From assembly GCF_009914755.1 (NCBI RefSeq), contig NC_060929.1: a DNA stretch of 64,000 bases; one strand, given 5' to 3'. Source of the stretch: the human T2T-CHM13v2.0 reference genome, Homo sapiens. Below the pieces are notes generated by a model. It saw only the letters and a list, made by a program, of their open reading frames with translations. It was not told the DNA's origin and did no database searches. How positions within the stretch are numbered: position 1 is the stretch's first letter; each line of letters opens with the position of its first letter. Of the stretch, positions 14,134 through 26,200 are shown in pieces. Both the position numbers and the translations under genes were made by a program.

Positions 14134-14370
14134 GTGAGTGGTCCCCAATGGAAGGAATGTGCATTAATAATGTCCTTTATTTTAAGTGGTGTAAAGAAAG
14201 TAATCAGTTAGAAAATTCATGGTAACAGCACTAAGATTTTGCTCTGTTTTGGGACTAAAATCAAATATCTGTCTTTATAGGAAGGATCCAAATAAAGGAG
14301 ATGGTCAGCGCCAACTTAGTTCGGTTCTCAGAATCCTGGGCCAAACTTACCATGTATGTCTTCTTTTCAG

Positions 14371-14484
14371 AGTCATCAGGCAAGGATAGCCACCCTCCAC
14401 CTGCCTCTGTTTGGTCTGCTGATTGAAAACGTCCCGCGGATCAATGTGAGGGATGTGTCACCTTTCCCTGTGAACGTGGGCATG
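14371..14484 (+). pseudogene. DOCK9: DOCK9-derived exon B, SHQARIATLHLPLFGLLIENVPRINVRDVSPFPVNVGM
   Basis: Acceptor 'ttcttttcag|' and donor 'atg|gtacgt'. In frame with exon A across a 237-bp intron; matches recalled DOCK9 SHQARIATLYLPLFGLLIENVQRINVRDVSPFPVNAGM. Confidence 0.9.
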
Positions 14485-14539
14485 GTACGTAAGCGTGGTC
14501 ACGTCAACTCAGCCTATATCGGGTCCCAGGGAAGCCAGG

Positions 14540-14622
14540 AAAAGTGCCATAAGCTGGGTGGCTTAGAGCAGCAGCAATTTATTCTCTCCCAGTCAGGAGT
14601 CCAGAAGTCCAAAATCAAGGTG
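14540..14622 (-). mobile_element. MLT1 (MaLR) LTR 3' fragment at the 5' end of the retrocopy
   Basis: 'aagctgggtggcttagagcagcagcaatttattctctcccagtcaggagtccagaagtccaaaatcaagg' is the reverse complement of the MLT1 3' motif. Confidence 0.75.
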
Positions 14623-16611
14623 TTTCTGACCCTTTTTCTAGCTTATAAATCTCTGATTATACTTTAATGGACTATACATTTCTCTCATGATGAACACTCT
14701 AAAAAGGAAAAATTCTAGGAATACATTATGTATTTTCTAAAAAAGAATGAATTTCAAAAAAAGTAGCATACGCCTTCTGGGAAAAGAAACTGTTTCTGAA
14801 GTCAATAATTTATTCTTTGCTCATAGCAAGCTTACATCCTTCCAAACTTAAAACAATCAAAAACTTGGATCAAATTTACTTTCACCTTAGACCCTTTCCT
14901 TTTTCCTTTAGCTCCTCAAGTTTCAGCCATCTTTTTCCTTCCTTTTTAATATTCTCTTCTTAGGAACATATCACACATGCATGGCTTTCCTATCCAACCA
15001 TATGCCAATGACTCTAAAATGTGTATCATCACCTAATGTTTGACCTTTTAATCCAACCATGTCTTTAATATCTTGACTCAGTTTTCTCAAAAACACCTCT
15101 AATGCAATGGGTCCAAAACGTATCTCATGATCTTCCCCCTAAATCTGCCCTCCTCCAGTATTCCTCAGTTTGGTAAGTAACATAATTATTCATTTGCATA
15201 AGTTAAAAATCTGAGAATATTCTTCATATTTACTTTTGCTTCACTTCCTTTTCCCCAGTTCCTCTATCATACTTACTACTATGTCCTACTAATTTTACCA
15301 TGTAGAATCTGACTTCTTCTCTGTACATTATCCACTCCAATCTAATTTCTAGCCACCTTCATCTCAAAACTAGACTGCAAAAGCCCCCTAATGAATCTCC
15401 ATGCAATCACTCTTGCTCTACACCCTCCAATTCATTTTTTTTACTGCATGCAAGTCTTTTCGAGCCCTAATTCTTATCTTGTTACTTCCATGCTTAAAAG
15501 CATTTAGTAGGTTTTTACTCACATAATTATTGTCATTTCCTGTGATTCCCTCTTAATTTATCTGTCCCAATAATAGTAATCTTTGTTCATTTTCACTACT
15601 GAGCCATCCCTTCTCCCACTCTGAGGACTGAACATGCTGTTCTTGGCAAACCACCTCCACTGGCATCCTCACTTACTTAACTTCCACTTATTATAGGTAT
15701 TTGGATTTTGGCTCAAATGACTTTCCTCGGGGAAACGTTTTCTTATGTCCATAGTCAGATTCTCCTGTCATAACTTCTCAAGCATCCTACATTTTTGTTT
15801 AATAATACTTATATCTGTGTGCTTCATGAGGAACTTGGGGGTGCCCATTTTATCGCTTATGTCCAGGTAGCAGAATAAGCCTGATGCGTAGTAGACGATC
15901 ACAAAGTACTTGAGGAGCAAGTAAATAAATGATTGAAGCATCATTACAATATCATAGATAGTTTCTCCTGTATTAGTTTTGAAATGTGACAAGAATCTGA
16001 GGAGTCTGACCTTGAAGATTTCCATACTTATTCTTTCTTATTTACATATACTGTGCATTTTCTGTTTTGAAATCGCAGGCTGATTTTTAAAAACTATTAG
16101 AGCTGAGAATCCAGCCTGTGATGTGAACATCAAGCTGTGCGCTCTCTACCTAGCATCATCAATAAACCACAAATTCTGCAATTAAAAGTAAGCTTTGTAG
16201 GTGAAGCATGAGAATACCCAGCTTCTCTACCCACAAGCTTTATTGGCTGTATAGATCTACTGGGAGAAAAACATTCTTTGCATTATAAGTTACTGACACA
16301 AAAATGCATAGCAAGCAGAAAGAGAAAAAGTTATCTTTTAATAACTCATATCTACTGTTTACATAATTATCAAGCAAGATTTTTATTTATCTAAATTCTG
16401 AATTTTTTCTCTTGAATATTCGATGAAGGACAGTCAATAATAATTGCTAACTAACTTACCTTCTAAAATAGAATCTACATATATATGAACTCTTCAGAGT
16501 CGGAGTTTTAATGTAGTTGTGTCAGTAAGCAAAATATAAGGACTGGAAGTAACTTGCATATGCATAAGAGGAATCACACATTGAACCAATAAGATCCTAA
16601 ATAAAAAAAAA

Positions 16612-17806
16612 TTTAAATTTATTTTTAGAAATTTGGTTCAGGAGTACATGTGCAGGTTTGTTATAAGGATATACTATGTGGTGCTGAAATTTGGGCCTCT
16701 ATTATTGATCCTGACACCCAAATAATGAACATAGTACTCAATAGGAAGTTATTCAGCCCTTTCTCACCTCCTTCCCTCCCTACCTTTGCAGTCCTCAGTG
16801 TCTATTGTTCACATATTTATTCCACTGTACCCAATATTTAACTCCTACTTATAAGTGAGAACATACAGTATTTGGTTTTCTGCTTCTGTTTTAATTTGCT
16901 TAGGATAATGACCTCCAGTGCACCCACATTGCTGCAAAAGACATGATTTTGTGCTTTTTTATGGCTGTGTAGTATTTCATGGCATATATGTACCATATTT
17001 TCTTTATTTAATATTCTGTTGATGGGCATCTAGGTTGATTCCATGTGTTTGCTATCGTGAATAGTGCTGCAGTGAACATGTGACTGGACATCTTTTTGGT
17101 AGAATAATTTGTTGTCTTTTGGATATTTGCCCAGTAATTGGATTTCTGAGCTTAACAGTAGTTCTAAGTTCTTTGAGGAATCTCCAAACTGCTTTCCACA
17201 ATGGCCAAACTAATTTATGTCCCCATCAACAGTATATAAGTGTCTTCTTTCTCCACAACCTCGCCAAAATCTGTTATTTTTTTTCTTTTAACCATTCTGA
17301 CTGATGTGAAATGTTATCTCATTGTGGTTTTGATTTGTATTTCTCTGATGATTAGTGATGTTGAGCATTTTCTCATATGGTTGTTGGCTGCTTCCATTAT
17401 CTTCTTTAGAGAAGTGCTTGTGCATGTCCTTGGCTCATTTTTTAATGTTTCTTTTTCTTGTTCAATGGTTTAAATTTCTTATAGATTCTGGATATTAGAC
17501 CTTGTCAGATGCATAGTTTACAAATATTTTCTCCCATTCTGTAGGCTGTTTACTCTGTTGATGGTTTTGTTTGCTGTGCAGAAACTCTTTAGTTTAATTA
17601 GGTCCCAATTGTCAGTTTTCATCTTTGTTGCAATTGCTCATGGGGACTTAATCATAAAAGTATTTCCTAGGTTTTCCTTTGTGTTTTTTTAGTCTGCAGT
17701 CTTACGTTTAAGTAAGTCTTTAATCCAACTTGAGTTAATTTTTGTACATACACAGTGAGAGGCAGGGGTCCAGTTTCATTCGTCTGTATATGGTTAGCCA
17801 GTTTTT
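16612..17806 (-). mobile_element. 5'-truncated L1 (L1PA13-16/L1PB-like) 3' end
   Basis: Antisense L1 3' UTR and ORF2 C-terminus ('gtacatgtgcaggtttgtta', 'ataagtgagaacatacagtatttgg'). A-rich 'aataaaaaaaaatt' flanks both sides as a possible TSD. Confidence 0.9.
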
Positions 17807-18293
17807 ACAATAAAAAAAAATTCTTGATCTTATTTTTGTTTTCCATGTTCCTAGAATTTCAGGCACCAACTGGTTAGGTCACAAGATACATAGATTTTTA
17901 TTAAAGTCAATAGAATTATTTGAAGAGCTGGATGCATCTTCAGCAATTGCAGGTGTTGTAGCGATATAAAAGTTCAGTACTGTCAAAGTGCTGTGGAGCA
18001 TCCCAGACCTGAGCTTTGATACTATTTTGATATCATTTTGATGCCAAGCACATAGAGATTAAGAATCTTGACTTTATCTTCTTCCCCTTGTCCTGTAAAT
18101 CCTGTTTTCAATAAGACAGGGAAAAAAATAGGTCTCTAGTAGCCTGATAGCACTTTGCTTATTTCATATTTGAGTCTGATTTCTCAAACTCTTCAAACTG
18201 TTTTATAGCTCCTTTACAGTAGAATTCTAGCAGACAGCATTAATATTTTGTAGGACCAGGTCATCATATGCTACCAGTGAGATTTTTTTTTCT

Positions 18294-18334
18294 CTCCTTC
18301 TCTCTCTCGTGTGTGTGTGTGTGTGCGTATGTGT
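18294..18334. repeat. (TC)n-(TG)n microsatellite
   Basis: Read directly. Confidence 0.8.
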
Positions 18335-21123
18335 GACAGAGCAGTCATATAACAGGGCTAAATATCCGGCATGAAAAGAGTCCAGCTGTAGGCCACACTT
18401 CATAGGGGGAAGTCCATAGACACGAGTCCTTTCATCTCTCTGGGATGCTGGGTTTTCTATCTGACAAGCACAAAACACTGCTACTGTTCTGCCATGCTGC
18501 AGGCTTCACTCTGTAAAAACAGGTGTAGACAGGTCATTAAGGCTACAAACTCCTTTCTGGGATTAAGCTTGGAGGAGGCAGGTAGGAAAGGTAGCTATTG
18601 AAGTCTAGAGTTAATTCATAGACATTTATGTAAAAATGCAATCAAATGATAAAGGTGGAATATACATTGATTCTAAAAGAGCTCCACTGGACGTCATTTC
18701 TGTGGAAAGTGCACTCATTTGGAGGAACCACCTCTGCCACAACCTCAGGAGTAATTACATAGCAATAAGTAGATGTTATCTCAGCAATTTCCACAGTTTT
18801 TCTAAGATTTTTAAAAAGCAGTTTGTAAAATGTCCTAGGGTAATTTCACAAATGACTACATTTATTGATGTTTACCTACAGTTATAATCAAGAATTAGGC
18901 TTTCATTTTTCTTTCTGAGTTAAATAATAAGGTTCCATGTAATACTGTGAACTTTCTCCCTCAGAGTTAAGAACTCATTATTTTGATTCCTTAGAATGAA
19001 GAATAATGTTCTGAAGATAATAGGCACTGCTGCACACTACCTGTTGAGAGAGAGAAAGAATAAGGCACTGGTATTAAGGAGGTACTTACTAACACTTTTT
19101 TGGAGGCAGTATTGGATCGGTCTTATTACATAATAAAAGATTTAACCTTGGTCAATAAAAATAAAACAAAAAACTTGTGGAACTAGCCAAACACTTACTT
19201 ATATTGACTATGAAATTAAATGATCAGTTTGATTAAACACTTCATTTGTCATCATCTGTATTGGTATTGTGTTGAGACAGTTTAAATCAATTTAAATTTA
19301 AATTATGACCACTAGCTATTGGATTAAAACAAAATCACAGTACTTTTAAAGTTTACTAGACATTTGGAAATATGCTGTTCTCTAATGTCTAGTAATAAAA
19401 GTACATACAATATTACTTATCCCAAAATCCACAAATATTTTTCATGAAGACCAGGATGATATTTTTGATGTGTGTATTTCAGTGTTTATAAAGTATGTGC
19501 AGTTTGCGGTTCATACTTAGGGACACTAGCTGGTGGTTAGCCACAAAAATCAGAGTTCTGACCCACTGAGTTAGTGAGGACAGCAGATCAGAGCTAATTT
19601 TAGCATCCTGACTACATTGCAAAGAGAAACTTTATATTTCTCAGTTTATTCAGTGTATTAAAGTGTTCTTGTTCATTTTACACCACACTCTGCCCTTGTG
19701 GAATTGGGATATTAGCATGATTTCCTTAGGAATTTTGGAATCAGAACTACTCGAGAGTATCAAGGAACTAAGAAAAAGTTTGACAGCATAGAAACACTTC
19801 TGAAAAGAGGAAAAAGATAGGTTAGATGGGGGAGGGGGTTGAATTTCTCAATGAGTACCTGTCTTCTAGGATGCCCCCAGAAGTATGAGGTCACTTTATT
19901 TATTTGATCAAATGATCTCTGAGATTATATCTAGCTAAGCCATGAGATAAGCCTGGCATTAAGCAAGGCCCTGATTATTAAGCATATACCTAGACACACA
20001 AATCTACTTATTCAGAAATGGTCTGATTTAAGTGCCAGAGTGACAATTCAAACGCAAATTTTTCATATTACAAAGATCTTGCTCTGAACCATTGCATTGT
20101 AACATGGGATATATTTGGGAAACAAATATATGTAAGGATACACATGTTTTCTGGGCCATCTTTTAATTGTGAGACATTTTTATAGAAATATTAAAATTGT
20201 GGAAAAGGTAGAGTTGGGTTAAATTCTTGCCTTAACTTTCCTATGTAGCAGGACAATACTCAAGCTTTTACATGAAAAATAAAACATAAGTCTGATGAGC
20301 TGGAAAAGGATATCCATTCCTTCTTCTCATTACTGGTAGTAATGAGTATTTGACTATTTAACTTCCCAGGCAATAAGAAAAATATAGAGGAGAATATTTT
20401 CACATTTATTTCCATGCACCAGTCAAGATCTAGACAAATTCACAAATAAGAGATAACTGAACAGTGCTTTAGGAGATTTTTTTTTCAGAGAAAGATCAAT
20501 AACAATTTAGAACGAGTAATGTACCCATAGAAACAGCATCAAATACAAATCAGTATTATGCACCCTGGCATTCTAGGTCTGTTTCTGATATTGATTTACA
20601 TTTTGGAAATCACTTAATCTTTTAGTCCCTGTTCCAACATTTATGAAATGAGGAGTGATTCTCTGCATTGTAAATACCCTGGGTGCAGCAATGCACTTCT
20701 CCAACTACGGAGCAAAACAAATCTTCTTTGTTTTACTTTGCTGATTCACCAGGGGCAGTAGCTATTGTACCTAGCAAGACAAAGAAAACTATAGCAGTGG
20801 AGCTACCACTTATAGAATCTCAGAGAGATTCTTCAACCACCTGGCGATCAGAACTTGGAATAATAGCATACTGAGAGCCATTAAAGAAGAAGGATTATCA
20901 CACAATAGTCAAGAATAAAATGCCCAGATGAACAATACCTGCTTCCTCAAACTACTATGCAATTATGAAAACTATGTGACATAATTTTGGTGAATAAGCA
21001 CAAGCTGAGGTCTTCAAGACAGGTTTTGGCTTTCTTGATTCAGAAGATTTCCATTTTCTCCCCATCTTGAATGTGGACATGATGTGTGGAGTGTAAGAGC
21101 CATGTTGCCACCATGGAGCAGAA

Positions 21124-21197
21124 CGCTTATGAATAAAAACCAAAGGAAGGTAGAGGCTGGCGCTTATGAATAAAAACCAAAGGAAGGTAGAGGCTGG
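21124..21197. repeat. Perfect 37-bp tandem duplication inside an MLT1-like LTR remnant (about 21030-21340)
   Basis: cgcttatgaataaaaaccaaaggaaggtagaggctgg occurs twice with no mismatch. Confidence 0.95.
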
Positions 21198-21347
21198 CCT
21201 GATCTTTGATGGTGTCACTGAGCCACCAAACCAGCATGGGACCACATCCCCCTGGACACTTTTGTATGAGGAATGAGGCAAATATATCATTATCTACACC
21301 ATCATTAGTTAGGATTTCTGTTATGTGTAACTGAACTCTAACTTGTA

Positions 21348-21845
21348 TGTATTAGGAGACACCTCTTCATAGTCTCTGTTGTTTCTGCACATCTTGCACG
21401 CAGAAGCATTGACTCCTTTGTTCTGGACTGTCTTTTCAAAGATGCTTGTACTATAGCAAGTAACTAGAAAATAAACATACTGTCTTCACTCCCAGAGCAA
21501 AGGGTGGTTTGCTTATGCCAAAGTATAATAAAGATAATGCTTTCTTCAGGTATGCTTATTGTCCATTGTAAAAAGTTCAGATTTTCTAAGCTTGGGGTTC
21601 CTCTCCTGTAACAAAACCCACTGTGTTTGTAGCTGTTACCTGGCCCTAGTTATATTATTCTGAAGGAATTGGAGTTAGAGGAACTGGTGAAAATGCTAAT
21701 AACCATTACTACTATTGGTTTGAGTAAAAAGTACTTTGTCTCAGACCCAGGGGTCTCAAGTCTTCTGCCTGCATCCATGAAAGTGTGGCAGTATTACTTG
21801 TCAGTTTGTAGGTACGGTTAAACCTCAGACTCTGAACAGTCCTCA
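21348..21845 (+). mobile_element. ERV solo LTR (MER90-like; subfamily tentative)
   Basis: TG start 'tgtattaggagac...tttctgcacatcttgc', AGTAAA poly(A)-like site, and LTR-type 3' motif 'tgtctcagacccagg'. Confidence 0.6.
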
Positions 21846-22489
21846 ATAAATTGATTTTGAACAAAGTTGTCAAAATCAGTATACACACAAACTCCATTGA
21901 TAAAGACTTCCACTCCCAACACATGAACTAAAATGCCAACTAAATGGCTATTATGTATTAGATTAAAGAAAACAAAGAAATTCTAGTTAACTTCATATTT
22001 GTAAAAGCTAGCAGTGAAACTATATGTACATATGATTTTAACTGGCCACACTTCCAGCAAGCAGAGTAGAACTGGAAAGTGTAAGACATGTTCATAAAGA
22101 AATTACCAACTACTTTAGAGTCAGTGAAAAGAACAATAGTATTAATTCTGCATAAAATTAGATCTACATTAACAAGTTTGAGATGCATCCACAATTCAGT
22201 GAATCAGAGAGAATAATATATATTCTAAAGACTAAATAGGTGGTATAAAAAACAAATAACTGATGTTCCAAGAGTGAACAGAAAGAGTATTCAAATACAA
22301 TGATGATAATGTTGATGATGATAATAATAAAAATGCATTATTGAAATGGGAGAAGACCTGAATTTGAATATCAAAATAATCCATAAATTATAAGAAAAAA
22401 GAAAGGAAGAGCGGACAATTAGATATTACTTCAGGAAATTCCTGAGATTAAAAAATGCAAAACAGATGTTATAAGAATTGTGAAAGAGT

Positions 22490-22816
<327 letters not shown>

Positions 22817-22819
22817 TCA

Positions 22820-23275
22820 CATTGGAGAAAAAAATCAGACCACATACTGTATGATTCTAATTATATGACATTTCGACAAAACAGAACTGTGGTGATTGAT
22901 AGTAAAAAAAAAAAAAGAAAGAAAAAAAACTGTCAGTGGTTGCCAGAGATTAGAGGGGAGGCAAGGATGAACAGGCAGATCACAGACAATTTTTAGGGCG
23001 GTGAACATATTCTGTATTTTACTAAAACAGTGAATACGTGTCATTAAACATTTGTCAAAACCCATAGAATGTTCAACACTAACAGTGTATCTTAATGCAC
23101 ACTGTGGATTTTGGGTGATAATGATGTGTCAACATAGGGTCATGGATTGTAAGGAATACTATTCTGGTGCAGGATGTTGATATTGGGAGAGGCTAGCATG
23201 GGTGGGGGTAGGAGATTTACATGGTAAATCTCTGTACTTGCCTCTCAGTTTTGCTGTGGACCTATGACCTAAAAA
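22820..23275 (+). mobile_element. L1MC-like 3' UTR fragment
   Basis: 'catactgtatgattc', 'tcagtggttgccagag', 'tttgtcaaaacccatagaatg'. Confidence 0.8.
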
Positions 23276-26200
23276 AATCATCTTTTCCAAGAGTTAGACT
23301 GTTCTTAGCTATCTGTTTCACAATATTGAATGCCAGAATACCACAGAGCAAAAGTAATTAAAACTCAATTGCACAAGAATAGAGATCAGTTAATAAATTA
23401 TATCAACTTCATAAAAACACTTTGACTTTTAAGCAATGATCTAACACTAGTATACTAATGTGGACAATTTTAGAAAATGTCCGTGAATTTAAACTAAAAG
23501 AAAAAGTGCAGACTGTGTATTTCTCCCTGTGCTTCATTCTGTACATTTTCTTCAGGTCTGTCTTCATTTTTTTTGTCTATCTTCTTTTCATTCTTCCTGC
23601 AGCAGTACCTGTACCAGTGTTTATCCTATCTATTTTAATTCTAATTTCAATAATCAAATTTTTTATTCTTAATATTTTCATGTGGATTATTCAAATATTA
23701 TATATCCTGACTCCTTTTTTATTCGCTGATTTTATTTGTAAACAGACTAGCATGGACCTAAAATGGTAGATATAAACAAACATAATCTACAAAATTAAAA
23801 CATAAGAACTATGAAACTTAGAATTAAAGTAATTTAATAATAAAATATTAATGCTATACTTTTAGTCATTGTTAAAACCAGAAATAACCTTTAATGTCAC
23901 TTTTTCCACTTTAATTTTACTAAGACCTTTGAGATCAAATTTTTTGGCCAATGTCACATAGCTAATTAGTGCCAGAGGTGATATTAGAACCCTGTTCTTT
24001 TGATTTCCAGCTTAGTTTAAGTTCCTTCATAACAAGTCCCAAGGCTATAATTCCAGTAGAAGTGTAATTATTTAAGAAGCTCAATGTAACTATGAAATAA
24101 ATACAATAGTACAATATCAAAAATCAGAGTGTTTCAGCATTATAAAAATTTGACCTATTTAAACCAAGTAGTCTAGAAAAACTAAATAGTAATTAAGAAT
24201 CTGTTATTTATTTCCTTTACAGCACTTCTGGAAAAATTTAGAAGGTGTTTTATTTTCAAAGTTGACTAGAGATGTCTAAATTCATAACTTTAAATTTTTC
24301 CCCTCAATCATAAAAACTAAAGTTTATTTCACTGATATATTTTTAAAAGCCATTGAAACTAGTGCCTCATCTAGCAAATAGCAAGTATTCAATAAACATT
24401 GGATGAATGAATTATTTCTTAAGGAAAAGACTTGGACAAACTCATAGGCTATTATTCATGTCTTGCCATTAATTAAATAAATGGACATGACAGGAATACA
24501 CTCTTATCCTGTTTTTATATCTGTGAAATGACATCTTTGGTCAAGGTCACTGATAGTAAATAGGTTTTCATGTGTTCAATAATTCTGATTGAGAATAGTT
24601 TCATGGCACTAACTTTATAATAATTTTGATGCTGCGTTCAGGCTCAGCTAGGAAAAAGCATCATTTTTAGTTAATGACGTTTGTCTTGTACAGAGGATAA
24701 GAAGAGGTCACATATGGACCACATATTTTCCCATACATTTGGGAATGTGTAAAAGACATTTCTATTCACCTGTGGGCTAGTTGTTCCATTTCGAAAGTAT
24801 AGCTTAAAATCCTATAGTTTTGATTATTGATAACTTTGGGGGGTCCTCTTGTTCTTATTTTCTCTGGTTCATACTTTCCAATGCAATGCCCTGAATATGC
24901 CATCTCACCAAAGTGCCCAAATCAATAATAAACAATAGCTGTCACATCTCTTAAGGGGAAGCTTAGGAAAACACACACGCAAGAAAAAACAGCCTAAGGG
25001 GTATGTGGAAGGAAATAGGCAGTTGGGATACTTTCTTTATTTCGTTCATGGATTTTCAAAATTTTCCACCCCACACCCTGATAAAAACAAAAAAATAATT
25101 AAAAGCCTGAAGACCAAATCTCAGTGTTTGCTACAGATTCCTCAGCTATGCAGAGAAATAGCATCTGATTGTTTTCAAGTTAGATATATTCAAGCTCAGT
25201 AGCTATTTTATTATAAGTTAACTACCATGCATATGACTTCATAAACCAGTTTTTTCTACCTTTTTTTTTCAATAAAGCTCAATAAGAAATAAATAGGAAG
25301 TTTGAAAGCTAATTCCTCATAGTATCTTAGAGTTGATGGAAATCTAAAAAACATTGTTTAATCAATGCCCCATCCTCATCCCCATGAGGGAAGACACAAT
25401 GTTATTTTCCTAACTGCTATAATTTTCAGTGCCTAGCCCAGTGCGCACTCATTAGGTGCTCAGAGGAAGAACAAATATGACTGTTACTTGAATGAATGGA
25501 CCATCAGGCCTTTCAGTCATCTGTCATTATACTTTATCTATGAAGAACACACTTGGGTTGGAAAGGAAGAGGAGAGGGTGCTGTGGCTCCTGCTGAAATA
25601 CTCAGCTACTGTATGGATTAAAAGCCAATTCCTCCTTCAAAGTTCAACTAAAATAACACCTTCTTTTTAAGCCTTCTTTAATACATCTGAAGTGTAATAA
25701 ACTATAATTTCTCTATGTTCCTGTAATGGGTTTCTTTGTCCTCTATTTCATCATGGGTATTCTATATTATAGGCAGTTGGTTGCAAACTCTTACTTCTAA
25801 ATTTTAAATTAATTGAGGGTAAGGATTGGGTCTTATTCCTTTTTCTTTGATCTTAGAAAAATAATGAGAAAATATTGTTTGTTAATTAATGGAGAGACTC
25901 AAAAGGCAGCCATGGTTCAATTAGGAGTAGCTTAAATTGGTCAGAGGGAAACAAGTCAGGGAAGACTGTGGAGACTAAAGTAGGCAGCTGTAGCACCCAA
26001 ACCACTCCCCACCCAAGAGGCTTTTGAGGCATTTTCTTCATTCAAATTGGAGTATCAAATGAGAGTCAACAGAGTCTGTATATTTTCTCAGAAAAATTTT
26101 CACTTTAGGAAATAAGACATGAATTATTCCTATTACCACTGACCAACAATAAATAAATATTTTTGAACTTTAAAAATGTGGAGGCAATGCTTATAATTAT

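Larger units (their letters stand above)
13504..14622 (-). pseudogene. DOCK9: Retrotransposed (TPRT) copy of an unspliced RNA antisense to DOCK9
   Basis: Perfect 17-bp TSD tttctgaccctttttct at 13487-13503 and 14623-14639. T-run at 13503-13512 is poly(A) on the minus strand, preceded by minus-strand ATTAAA (13526-13531) and AATAAA (13544-13549). Contains two DOCK9-like exons with introns on the plus strand. Confidence 0.88.
13205..15790 (+). mobile_element. Degenerate L2 LINE, interrupted by the DOCK9-derived insertion and a local duplication
   Basis: L2-like motifs on both sides of the insertion ('caatgacatcacaatctggttttcctac', 'atggctttcctatccaaccatatgccaatgactctaaaat', 'ctcatgatcttcccc'). 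Confidence 0.65.

Noticed and set aside
13964-14484. The window being part of the real DOCK9 gene
   Set aside because: Only two exons are recognisable in 64 kb, they lie inside a TSD-bounded insert, and they carry a deletion and substitutions relative to recalled DOCK9.
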